Of a stretch of DNA of 64,000 nucleotides, positions 40,415 to 52,364 are shown piece after piece; the stretch's first letter is position 1, and each line of letters opens with the position of its first letter. The notes under the pieces are model-generated. The model was not told the DNA's origin. It was given only the letters and a program-made list of their open reading frames with translations, and ran no database searches. Location of the stretch: the NCBI RefSeq assembly GCF_006345805.1, contig NC_043008.1, positions 75,144,001 through 75,208,000 on the forward strand, given 5' to 3'. The DNA comes from Octopus sinensis (taxonomy: Eukaryota). Made by a program: the position numbers and the translations under genes.

Positions 40415-42564
40415 CTGGAAACAAGCAAAAGAAATGTTTAATGTACTTTCTAAACTTCATTGTCTATTTGTGCATTTTAGTTTTACTTAACTCCTCCGAG
40501 ATTCAAAAAGAAAGAGCAGGTTATAAGTACACCAATGTTTTAGTATGAGTATGACAATAACAAGTTTGTGTGATAATCTCATGGTTTCTGGTTCGAATCT
40601 ACTACACTTTATCTTGATAGGTGTCTTGTAAAGCCTCAGATTGGCCGAAACTTTGTGACAACAAACTGGAAGACGGTAAAACTGTAGAAATTTATCGGAT
40701 TGTACGTGTACTCCTTTACTAGGTACAGGCCTTGGCTTTGTTTCTCAGAGGAAGTGTTTTTGCTGAATTTATTCAGGTAACATTTTATCAACCCAAACAG
40801 TCTGAAAGGCAAGTTCAAATGTGACTAAATATGAAATTTAAAAATGTAAGGTAGAATTAATGAAATGAATGAATTTGGTCAAATAAATTATTGATTCAAT
40901 CTTCGAATATGTTTATTTTGACGAGGTATAAAATATACTATATTGTGGAGTTAAGGTGTAAATAAGATGTTCTTTTAACACAGAATTCAAAGTACATCGA
41001 TTTCTAGCTTTGTGCAGGTGATGCTTTCTCTATCGGTGCTATCTATGGTTTCAGAAATCCCCAGAAGAATTGATTATTTTGTAATCTAAGAAAAAGCTGA
41101 GACAAGGAAATCGTTAACATGTTAAAATTCCATATATTGGCACAGGCACGTGTTTTGAAAGTGGGTTGACGGTATGGAATTGACTTTACTGTATGGTTGG
41201 GTCTACTTAAGTTGGTCTGCAAATAAATGGAATTAAATGATATAACTAAACTTTGAATATGGCAAGGATTTCAAGTAATCTTGTATGAGTCTATATTAAT
41301 CCTCTATTACTCATCTATTTATAATCTGCTGATCATCTATCCATCAATTAGTAACTGCCTGGGGATCTCTAATCAATCATATATCGTTAGTCTTGCGAAC
41401 CTCGAGTGATAATCAATAATTTACTGTTGAAGGATCATTGCAAGAAATTTCTAAGGATCCATTGTGAATCCCTTTAGTGATCCTCTATCAGTCTTCTATG
41501 GATTTTGCAACTGATCCTATATCGAGCTTTAACTGAAGTTCTAGTGATCATATGTCGATCAAATATCGAATTCTACCGTTCCAGTAGTGATTCCCTTTAG
41601 CGATAAACCCTCAGCGACCATCCATTGATCTATTACCAATTACCTATCATCATACAATAATCTATTGGTGCATTGACGCATTGGCGCATAAACAATCGTC
41701 TATCAGTCCCTTAACGATTATCTATTGATTCTCCAGCGATCATGTGTAGATCCTCTGTCGAGTTTCTGTCAGTTCACTCAAGTTGTCAATCGATTCTCTA
41801 CGGATCAACTATCGATTCGCTAGAAATCCGATATTGTTAAAAATAATAGTTTCTTCGACTGATTGATGTACCGAGGGGGTACAGTTTGATTTCTCAGACC
41901 AAATAACTTACTAGTACTAGGAAGTAAATTCCAAAATTGTTTCTGGTGGGATTTCAACTGAGAAAACAGGAAATTAACTTTGGACTTCTTCTACAGTACC
42001 CTGCTGGTGATTCCAACAATTTTCTCCATAATTCTACTGACATAGTATCACATTCAAAATCCAAGATCACTACTTCCAAAGACACATTCTCACATTACCA
42101 GATATGGAGTCCAGAGCTTCACTGTCATAGTACCGTTCACGGGAATATCTGACATATAATATATACCTTCGAACCAATAGCGCCACTATCACAATAACAG
42201 AAATATAGATGGAAATCAGATTGTGATAAGTAAATAACAAAAACATTTCATCATCTTGATACTATATTTCTCTGTATTCCTCTCAGAATAATACTGATTT
42301 GTAGCAAAAAGCTATAAATTATATCTTGTTCAATACGTTGCTGATACTGTTTTCGGCTTGATTTTATATAAATCTTAGAGTGCTGTAAGTAAATATTGTA
42401 TATTTTGTCGCCACTGAGTAACTAATACAGTAAATGATTTCTGTTAAGTTCATACATTTTCAACTGTGTTGAGTTAGGTACTGTCTACTCACATGTAGTG
42501 AGAATATTTCTGTGAGACACAGCATACATTTGTAAAAACTTTAAAAACAATTACATATACTCAC

Positions 42565-42696
42565 CTCTAGTTTCACCCCAACCAGCAATGATGCAATTAC
42601 TATAAAACTTTTCACCAGGTTGTGCTACTGCTATCGGTTGAATACAGTCACTAAAAATTAGTTTCCTCGGTAAAGTCAGAACTGTGATGTCATTTT
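42565..42696 (-). CDS. S1 serine protease, exon 4 (catalytic Asp)
   Basis: Polypyrimidine/CAG acceptor. Encodes (Q)NDITVLTLPRKLIFSDCIQPI...CIIAGWGETR, then a GTGAGT donor, phase 1. Confidence 0.93.
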
Positions 42697-42726
42697 CTGT
42701 AAAGAAAAGAATGTAAAGAATATATA

Positions 42727-43050
42727 GGCGCAGGCGTTGTTCTGCGGTAAGAAGCTTGCTTCCAAACCTTATGGGTCCGGGTTCAGTCCCACTGCGTGAA
42801 ACTTTGGGCAAGTACCTTCTACTATAGGCTCGGGCCGACCAAAGACTTATTAGTGGATTTGGTAGACGAAAACTGATGGAAGCCATCGTATATATATGCG
42901 TGTGAGCGTGTGTGTGTGCTTGTGTGTGTGTGTGTGTGTGTGTGTGTGCTTGTGCGTGTATGTGTCTTTGTGTCTGTCTTTGTCCCCTCACCGTTTCGTG
43001 ACAACCCATGTAGGTGTGTTTACATACCCGTAACTTAGCCGTTTGCCAAG
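42727..43050 (+). mobile_element. tRNA-derived SINE, 30 bp from the exon 4 acceptor
   Basis: Same family, with a diverged head and body. Confidence 0.8.
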
Positions 43051-45251
43051 TGCTTCGGCTTTTAGTGTCTTCAAGTCAAAGGGGGCCGAGTTGCATCCTG
43101 GTCATAATTCTTGGGGACCGTTCTACTACACTTTGTAGTTACTTGGATATCGGAGACTTGTGCATTTAAACCGTTTGGATATTTCATCTAGCTGGAACCC
43201 CTCTCTGTTGACTCATCTTTCAAACTTATACTTAGACTAGCTATTTTGATCCGTGCTCCGCTCGGGTTATGGTGGTGGTGTTGTTTTGTGCGTGTTGTCT
43301 CCTTTTCCTTTCTTTGTTTTGTTCGTCTTCTTTGCCTGATTCTTTTTATTGCCCTCTCCTTTACTCCACTTTCCAAAATCCCCCAAATTTTTACACCCAC
43401 AATTAAAGATAACCGCCTCTAGCCCCTGCAGCAACATGAAAAGCCACCATTATTCAAATAGCGCAACCTTTCTATCCCATAAAACTCAATTTTTCCCATA
43501 TTCCTCACCATGGTAACCAAACGGTAGCTCCGAGCGACTTGTAACCCTCCTCACACCATTGCCCACCCCATTTTACTCCCAGTGTAAATTTGGCGCCAAT
43601 CCTACCCCATCTACCGCCCCTTAAACCTTTCCTATCCCAAAATGAGACAAATAACCAAGAAATCAAACAACTTTTTCGCATTTCAATTTGATAGATATTG
43701 ATAAGAAATAATGATGATTGTTATCGTAGCAGTGAAACATCAACGCTACGACATTGACTCATTCAGAGATACTTCTCTTAAGGTTAAAATACAAAAGTAC
43801 TGAGTCCTAAATTATGTGGACTTGAACCTTCCACAAAATATAACACGTTATATTTTGAATAATTCTGTTGTGGGAAACTATTTCATTGGGAGAGGGAAAG
43901 ATGAAATGACATAGAGTTTAAAGAAACAATGAAATAAAGAATTAAAGGTAACACATTAGAGGGAAATGTAAAGAGAAATAATGAAAATTAAGGAATAGAA
44001 ACCCTGGATCATTAAGTTCTAAGAGTAATGGGAAATTATCCTAAGTTGTGTCAGCTGGTGGAACAAAATAAAATAGTGGACAGTCATTAAAAGAAATTTA
44101 TTCGAGAATTGAGCTAATGTGGGAGCTCTACGTAGACATCAAATCGTTTTGAACGTAACTCCCACACTTCCTCCAAACCAGAAGTTACCGTCTTCAAGAA
44201 CAGAAAAAATAAAACAAAGCAAAAATAAAAGCGAAAAATGATGGCTACATTAGATAACGATATGGATTATAAAACTAGATGGTAACAATTGGAACACTTT
44301 TTATTATACATGTGTTGGGTCTTGATCTGGGATTATACGATAACAACAACATGACATACACATTTACATAGATTAAACAGATTTTAACTTTTTGCTCAAT
44401 CTTCATTCGAAGTTGCACAAAAAAAATTATGGGGCGTATCTTCACAGGAAGACTAAATACATTGGCGCGTTCATGGCTATGCGGCTCAAGAGGTTGCTTT
44501 AGGACAACCTCATGGATTCAAGACATTTGCGCGGAGTCTCCGGCAACTATCTTTTATCATAGGCTCGGGTTCAGCAGTGCTTTATGAATATAATTTGGTA
44601 GATGGACCGTGTGTGTGATTGTGGATGTGTGAGTGTGTGTGCGAGTATGCGCCTGCGTCTTTGTGTGTGTGCTTGTTAACGTTTATGACAATATTATTGT
44701 TTAAGTTGTGTCTCTTTAACACTCCAAACTAAAATGTTAGAGTCCAATAGAATGAGCAACACAATGAAATAAGTATTGGTGCCAATACGATGGCGTACGC
44801 TCTAAATGGCAGTGACCGGCATGAATAAAGTCCAAAGTCTGCAGTCAGTGCTAAAGATAATTCCGTACATTAGATTACCTGCCAAGGAGAGACAACTTAC
44901 TTCTTAAAGCAACATGGCGTCATGACCGTCCTTTGTATTTTATAAAAACGGAACCTAGTAACATGGACATTTAGGTGAAGTTACTATAGAGCATATAAGA
45001 AAGCGACAACAGGTATTGACGTGGTTGTTTAGATAGCAGTGAGCTCTGATTAAGTAGATCTATGATCAGGGGCGTTCCATCCATGGCAAACTGACATGTC
45101 TAGTATATCTAGGTGCTAATTGGCGGCAAGTCGACTGCTGTACCGATCAGAGTGAGAGATGGCATAGAAATTCGCTCATAGTTATAATAGATGAAGTTAG
45201 TTAAGAATGAATTCGATACAACATAAGAAAGAAGCAGAAGTGGATATTTAC

Positions 45252-45376
45252 GGAATAAGTCTGGTCCGGTGTAATTTTGATTAGCATGTATGTTGGATTT
45301 ATTAACAACCATTTGTACTTCCATTTTGTATCGGTCATTTCCTCCAGCCGAAACTAGGACTTGTGTGGCGCCTTTT
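45252..45376 (-). CDS. S1 serine protease, exon 3
   Basis: CAG acceptor and GTAAAT donor. 125 nt (1+123+1) keeps the frame: KGATQVLVSAGGNDRYKMEVQMVVNKSNIHANQNYTGPDLF. Confidence 0.88.
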
Positions 45377-45457
45377 CTGCAAGACGAACAAAGATATGAG
45401 CTGTCACACACAACGAATATCACCCTCACTCACTGGCATATACACGTACGTACGCCG

Positions 45458-45531
<74 letters not shown>

Positions 45532-46026
45532 CCTATTTATTTATCTCTCTCTCTATATATATGTAAGTATATATCTATATACACATTATACATCATATAT
45601 ACATATATAATGCACTCACACACACACCTTTGTATTAACAGTGTGTACAGACACTTACGTAATTACTAAAGCATGCACAGATATGCGTATGTATATATAT
45701 ATATATATATATATATAAGTGTGTGTGTGTGTGTGTGTGTGTATGTTATTTTATTCTCTTATTTGTTTCAGTTATTTGGTTGCAATCATGCTGGAGTACC
45801 GCTACCAGGGGTTTTAGTCGAAGAAATAGACCCCAGGACTTAATTTTTAAAGCCTAATATTCTATCGATCTCCTTGTTACGGAGATGTAAACTCAAGCGG
45901 TAATGGAAATACAAACACAAAGACACACACAAACACACACATGCATATACATACATACATACATACATGCATAATACATACATACACACACATATATAAT
46001 ATATGTATGTATGTATGTATATATAT

Positions 46027-46071
<45 letters not shown>

Positions 46072-46075
<4 letters not shown>

Positions 46076-46474
46076 AAATAAGCAACAGGCTATCCAGAGG
46101 TAATGCAGTACGATAGTTTCAAGCGCGACTCCATTTAATTTAATAATGCAATCATTACATCAATTTACATGCAGAGCAATCCTCAGCTGCATATATACAG
46201 ATCTCTAACAAGTTTTTTTCCTGATGCCTTAGTAGCTTCTAAGCTGAAGTGAAGACAGCATGAGCTTTGTCTATCTCCTTACATTCTTGGAGTCTTTAGG
46301 TAAAAATTATACTAAAGTGTCCATCTGTTTTAATTTAATTTAATTCTATGTATTTATGCAACCGAGGATTGATCTGCATTTAAATTGATGTAATGATTAG
46401 ATTGTTCAATGAAATGGAGTCGCTTCAAAGAATCGTACTGCATTACCTCTAGATATCATGTTGCTTATTTTGAT
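46072..46474. repeat. Older fold-back element next to (TA)n with a hammerhead core
   Basis: Diverged arms of about 130 bp. Minus strand 46103-46192 reads AUGCAG-CUGAGGA-(60 nt)-GAAAC-UAUC-GUA/CUGCAU; stem II is poorly formed. Confidence 0.7.
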
Positions 46475-46567
46475 TTATAATCATCTTATTTTGAAATTGT
46501 ATGAATAATACCGTACTAAATTCTGGTGCCTCAACCTAAGTACCTTATTCATCCGAATCTCTCTCTC

Positions 46568-46665
<98 letters not shown>

Positions 46666-47094
46666 ATGTGTATATTTATGTATATATATATATTATACAT
46701 ATATATATATATATATATTATAATATATATATATATATATATATACATATATATATACATATATATATACATATATATATATATATATGTGTGCATGTGT
46801 TTATGTATCTTCAATTAACCTAAGGCATATTCGTTCAAAAGTAACATACTTTATAATTTTCTCGACCACTTTTCAGTTAAACTCTAAATTTTTAGTTTCT
46901 GCTTTACCTCTTTCAAGCACATCCACCCCGATTAGGTTTCCCACTTTTTTTCATTTCTTTTCATTTTCATATCCTTTTCCCTTGTTTACACACTCTAAGA
47001 TCACAGAGTAGGTCTTTAATGGACCGTCATTGATGACAGATGGGCGTCCACTACGCCCATATATGATATATTTCAGTGGAGATATATCATATAT

Positions 47095-47260
47095 ATATCC
47101 ACTGCAAAATCGTTTAAATCATTTTTGAGGTCACCACTCACTGGTCATTTCCTCACCAAGCGTTTCGTTGATATCGCGAGCAGTTTCAGCTGCGTTACGT
47201 CCTTTTTCGAAGTTGAATAGCAAAATTGCTCGAATATAGCTGTCTGATAGTTCTATTTCA
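47095..47260 (-). mobile_element. mariner transposase remnant (N-terminal HTH)
   Basis: ELSDSYIRAILLFNFEKGRNAAETARDINETLGEE...FKRFCSG. Confidence 0.75.
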
Positions 47261-47477
47261 TATGATTGTAAGAACGGTGAAAAATATCACTGCTAATGTA
47301 TTGATGCGTTCGGGAAAGTCTATGTCTGTATTATCAGACAATTAAAAAAAAAAGTTTAAGAAATTCAAAACTCTGCAAATGTCCGCTACAAAAGTGTTCA
47401 TGGTTCAAACGTTACTTACTTTTTACTCAAGGTGGTAATGTATACGTACACACACACACATATATATCATATATATA

Positions 47478-47539
47478 CCCGAGGACAGTCTGTTTCTGGA
47501 TTTGTGGGTAAAACGCCACTTTTCCTTCATCAGCTCAGA
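47478..47539 (-). ncRNA. Minimal type I hammerhead ribozyme (repeat unit 1)
   Basis: UCUGAG-CUGAUGA-A-GGA aaa GUGG..CCAC aaa UCC-A-GAAAC-AGACU-GUC/CUCGGG. Complete core, stems I, II and III, GUC cleavage triplet. Folded by eye. Confidence 0.8.
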
Positions 47540-48038
47540 GATTTCTTCTGATTTAGATTTGAAAATACTAAGAATCAAACATACCCGTCCGATATCTGTA
47601 ACATCGGACAAACCCTGCCAGACACCCAGTACTAGCGAATCCAAAAATACGAATGAGATCTATTATTCTCCCTGTCCGCCCACGTGAGTCATAGAGCATT
47701 CCATTTCTACAGAGGTAAAAACTGCAGTTCAATTCTTGGAGAGAAAGCATTATATTGTTATCAAAAAAGGGGGTCGAATTAATTAGTTATTAATAGATTC
47801 GACCTAGCAGTATTCGGTATGTAAAGACCATTTACGGTATATTTGAAGTATTAATTTATAAAAATATGGTAAAGTAAAAGAATTCAGTTTACCACACACC
47901 GAACTTTTCAGAAATAGCAGCCAAAAATTTGGCTATTTCTTCAACTGCAAATAAAAGTCTCCAGACAATGCATACTCAGAAAAATAACTCACATAGGTAT
48001 AAGGGAAAAACAATGAAAGATCACATCCATATACGATA

Positions 48039-48100
48039 CCCGAGGACAGTCTGTTTCTGGATTTGTGGGTAAAACGCCACTTTTCCTTCATCAGCTCAGA
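48039..48100 (-). ncRNA. Minimal type I hammerhead ribozyme (repeat unit 2)
   Basis: Identical to unit 1. Confidence 0.8.
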
Positions 48101-48598
48101 GATTCTTCTGATTAGATTTGAAAATACTAAGAATCAAACATACCCGTCCGATATCTGTAACATCGGACAAACCCTGCCAGACACCCAGTACTAGCGAATC
48201 CAAAAATACGAATGAGATCTATTATTCTCCCTGTCCGCCCACGTGAGTCATAGAGCATTCCATTTCTACAGAGGTAAAAACTGCAGTTCAAATTCTTGGA
48301 GAGAAAGCATTATATTGTTATCAAAAAAGGGGGTCGAATTAATTAGTTATTAATAGATTCGACCTAGCAGTATTCGGTATGTAAAGACCATTTACGGTAT
48401 ATTTGAAGTATTAATTTATAAAAATATGGTAAAGTAAAAGAATTCAGTTTACCACACACCGAACTTTTCAGAAATAGCAGCCAAAAATTTGGCTATTTCT
48501 TCAACTGCAAATAAAAGTCTCCAGACAATGCATACTCAGAAAAATAACTCACATAGGTATAAGGGAAAAACAATGAAAGATCACATCCATATACGATA

Positions 48599-48660
48599 CC
48601 CGAGGACAGTCTGTTTCTGGATTTGTGGGTAAAACGCCACTTTTCCTTCATCAGCTCAGA
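48599..48660 (-). ncRNA. Minimal type I hammerhead ribozyme (repeat unit 3)
   Basis: Identical to unit 1. The predicted cleavage site lies about 137 nt downstream of the LINE 3' end. Confidence 0.8.
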
Positions 48661-48964
48661 GATTTCTTCTGATTTAGATTTGAAAATACTAAGAATCAAA
48701 CATACCCGTCCGATATCTGTAACATCGGACAAACCCTGCCAATTTCTTTATTACCCACTAGGGGCGACATAGAGTACACATACAATCACGAATGATGAAA
48801 AAAATAATTATGAATATTTGGGGTCGGTTAAAAATCGAAAATGAATAATAAATCGAATGATTACACAATAGACACAATTAACAAAATTTCAAGATGCAGT
48901 GGGGCGGGTCCGCGACCCCATGCTCCCCGCCACGACACTTAGCCTTGTGGTTTCCTTTTTCTTC

Positions 48965-51900
48965 CTATCTCGCATTTGTGAGGGATCTTTTACTCTCCAC
49001 ATTTTTCCATCTTTCATCAAACACTTTCTTACTCAGGCTCCTTCTCTCCAGTTCTATATGTCTTTTCAGGTGGAATTTAAAATATTCCACCAGACTTGAA
49101 CCAGAGATGAAGTCGCCTGTTATCATCCCTTTCATCCTTGTCTTCCATACTACCTGTTTCGCAGTTGAAACCACGGCGAGAAAACAAAACTTACCTTCTT
49201 TCGTTAAGAAATCAGGTGGGCTGATTTTTACAATAGATTCGGCTGATAGCTGTACTCTTCGTTCACCTGACATTAGTTGTTCGGCACAATCCCACATATC
49301 TTTCACCCCCGAACACTGCACGATCGCGTGCGAGACGGTTTCCCGTTCTCGCCCACATCTCGTACAGGTCGGGCTGACTTGGCAACCGTGCCTTGCAAGC
49401 TTGTCCCGAACAGGTAAGGCTCCTCGGTAGCACTGCCAAGCCAAAGACTTCTGGAAATTATCCAGTGTCTTCGGCCCGAATGTACGTTGGAACAGACTGG
49501 CCAGCTGATTATCGTCGAAACCTAGGGCTTCCCCCAGCGTATCATCGTTACCGGCCTCTACAAACCCTCTATAAAACACAGCGGTAGTACCACTGCTGCA
49601 GGCATTACCCGAGCGACGGAATAGTCGGAGTGCCTTGCGACACTCCGTATACCACGTACCCAACTTCGATCTGCGATTATACCAGTCCTCCCGGCCACCG
49701 AAACTGGTGAACCTGGGGAACATCTGTTTCGCCAGCGGAGACCACACCCGTTCACTACCCAGATGGAGCCACAGGTGCCTTAGCCTCAGCGCATTTCTGC
49801 GCATCATTAGCCACGGCATCCCTAGTCCACCCTGTAACGGTTTTTGACAGCAGACAGAGCGTCTCACAAGCGGTTTCGAGCCCTTCCACAAGAAGCGAAA
49901 GAGCTGTCTCTCCAACTTGATCAACCACGAATCCGGGCAAGGCACGACGGCAAGGCGGTAGGTGATCACCGATGCTATAAACACATTGGCCACCTCCGCC
50001 CTACCTTTCAAGGATAACCACCGCCAAGACCAAATCTCGACTATTGCAGCCACCTTGCTCGATACCTCGCTCCAGTTCTTCTCTATTTGGAGGTCCGGAC
50101 CGAACCAAACCCCGAGCAACTTAATCGGCCCTCCGTCCAACGTCCCACGACGCTGTCTGGAGGCATCGACTTGCCTCTCCAGGTGCCGAGTTGCAAGCCG
50201 ACCGACTTTTCACGATTAACTTTTGCTCCTGTCACCGTCTCGTAAACCTCTATGGCTTTGCCTACTTTACGTAGGTGGTCCACTTCAGTCACGATGATAG
50301 TGATGTCATCCGCGTACGCCGAAACCGACATATCACGTCCTGGTTGCCTCGGGATGCCGCTCAGTCTTCGCAGCAGCGGCTCCAGGGCCACTACATACAA
50401 AAGCGGGGAGAGCGGACATCCCTGGCGAACCGAGCGTTTGACCTTGAACGGCTTAGAAAGAAAGCCGTTCACCTGAACTACCGAGTCGGCGTTGTCATAC
50501 ATTTCGATGATCCACCTGAGGAAGCCAAGACCTAGGCCGAACTGAGCCAGAACGGATACCAGGTAGTGATGGTCGACCCTATCGAACGCTTTAGACTGGT
50601 CTAAATGGACCACTGCCCCTCCCTTGCCGGGATCGTTATTTATTCCATCTATCGTGTATCTAATAAGATGGAGATTATCCTGAATGGCTCTGCCCGGTAC
50701 GGCGCACGTTTGCGCTTTCCCAATCAGTCCATTCGCGACACGCGCCAATCTGTTCGATAACACTTTGGCCAAAATCTTCAACTCTGCGTTAAGCAGAGTG
50801 ATGGGCCTGAAATTATCTATTACGTCCCCCTTGCTCTGGTCCTTCCTGACTAGCGTCACCACTCCCCGGCGCACAGATCTGGGGATAAACCCATTCTGCT
50901 GCCAGTTTGCGTAGACGCCCGTCAGTAAGTCCCCGAACAAGTCCGGCATACTTTTATAAAGTTCGTAGGGTAGACCATCCAGTCCCGGCGCCTTACCCGC
51001 ACCGCAGTCCGCCATGGCCTCTATTACCTCCTCAGGTGTGATCGGCTCCTCACTACACTTCGCATCCTGCCCCGAGAGGCGCGGCAGCCCGTCGAGGAGG
51101 TCCGTAAGGTCCCTCCCCCTATCCGGTCCGCCGCTCCCCCCGAAAAGCTGGGCGAAGTGGTCCTGAAAAGCTTGACACATCTCCTCGGGCTCGTCTGTCA
51201 ACTTACCTTGTTGGTTCGCCAGAGATCGAATTGTAGCATCGTTGCCACGTTGGGCTTCCACCACTCGGGCCCATCCCGCAGCCTTGATTCCTTCGCTCCC
51301 CATCGTACGTTGTCTAGCCCTGACAATGCAACCCATGTGTTTGGCTTCGAGGTGCTGGTTAAGAACCAGTCTCTTGACCTTCACCTGGTCCGCATTGCCA
51401 GTTCGCATTGCTTCCTCTAAGTCCTTAACTAGTGTAGTTACCTTTCTAGCCTCTCTAGCTACAAGATTAGTACTATATCTAACGGACTCATATTTTATGG
51501 CTCGCTTAAGGGCATACCACCATTTGTTGTTACAAATGGAGCCGGTCATGGCCCTCTGGATTATTAACCTAATCCTGTCCCTGTACTCCTTAATCGCCAA
51601 AAGGGACGTATTAAGTTTCCAGTAACCAGGACCTCTAGTTATCTTATCTACGTCTAGCCTACAGGTGACCATCTTGTGGTCACTGTAGCTGACTATATGG
51701 AGTTGTGGACTCTTAACTAGGTTCTTATCTACCTTCCTAATTAATATCCTGTCTATGTATGACTTTACCGATCCGTCGCTATTAGACCACGTCCACAGTG
51801 GAGCGCCCGGATGTTCCAGTCTATATGGATCTACCAGCTCAAAACGTCTTAGTAGATCCAGGAAGCAAGTATTTCCTTTTCTGTCTGTTCGCGAGCCTTC

Positions 51901-52355
51901 ACAGTCTACCCGCACATCGCAGATTGTGTTGAAGTCCCCTAACATTACTACTGGGCACGATGTACTCAGAAACTTCTCCAGGTTCCGATAATAATCACTT
52001 TCCCCTTACCGGGGGGAGCGTAAACCGCAACCAGCCTGATTGTCTTACGGCTACTGAACGTCAACTCAATGACGACCAGCCTACCTTCCGGATCCGTAAA
52101 AATCAACTTTTTCTCAGAAACCCGGTTCTTTTTACACAGGACCAACACCCCGCTTCCGCCGACCGACGGGTTCGGAGAGATGACACTCTCGTAACCGTTG
52201 AACAGCGGGAGCAGATCTCTTGGCCCCTTTAACCGGGTTTCTGTGGCAACGACAACATCTAAATCCCGTGACCTGATGTCATTTAGGAAGCGCCCTTGCT
52301 TCCAGCTCTGCATCAGGCCACGCACATTCAAACACCCTACACGAATATGAGACAT
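48965..52355 (-). CDS. LINE ORF2 (APE endonuclease, reverse transcriptase, C-terminal zinc motif), two 1-nt frameshifts
   Basis: APE motifs CLNVRGL, VATET, VYAP, LGDFN, SYIDRIL, SDH. RT motifs FRPITLLN, DQSKAFDRV, VRQGCPLSP, YADD. C-terminal CTRCGRERETVSHAIVQC. Frame breaks near 51995 and 50130; about 1130 aa when repaired. Confidence 0.92.
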
Positions 52356-52364
52356 TACTTACCT

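Larger units (their letters stand above)
47475..48741. repeat. 560-bp tandem repeat, about 2.25 units left of the LINE
   Basis: CCCGAGGACAGTC recurs at 47478, 48039 and 48599. The units are nearly identical, and the differences seen are 1-nt indels in homopolymer runs. Confidence 0.95.

Noticed and set aside
40620-40720. Plus-strand exon-like segment (VSCKASDWPKLCDNKLEDG) and similar candidates at 33990-34075 and 55500-55550
   Set aside because: They have isolated splice-like signals with no domain match or partner exons, so an antisense gene cannot be supported.
47423-48732. Short ORFs in the 560-bp repeat (SDVTDIGRVCLILSIF...)
   Set aside because: No recognisable domain. The frame is broken by indels between units and overlaps the ribozyme.
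47475-48741. 560-bp unit as a 5S rRNA, snRNA or spliced-leader gene
   Set aside because: Only short matches were found (CTAGTACTGGGTG resembles box C; AATTTTTGG resembles an Sm site but lies in a stem). There is no colinear similarity to 5S or U1-U6 as I recall them.
51985-52005. Programmed -1 ribosomal frameshift at GGGGAAAG in LINE ORF2
   Set aside because: The heptamer is not in the X XXY YYZ register and the break falls inside the APE domain. A homopolymer deletion is simpler.
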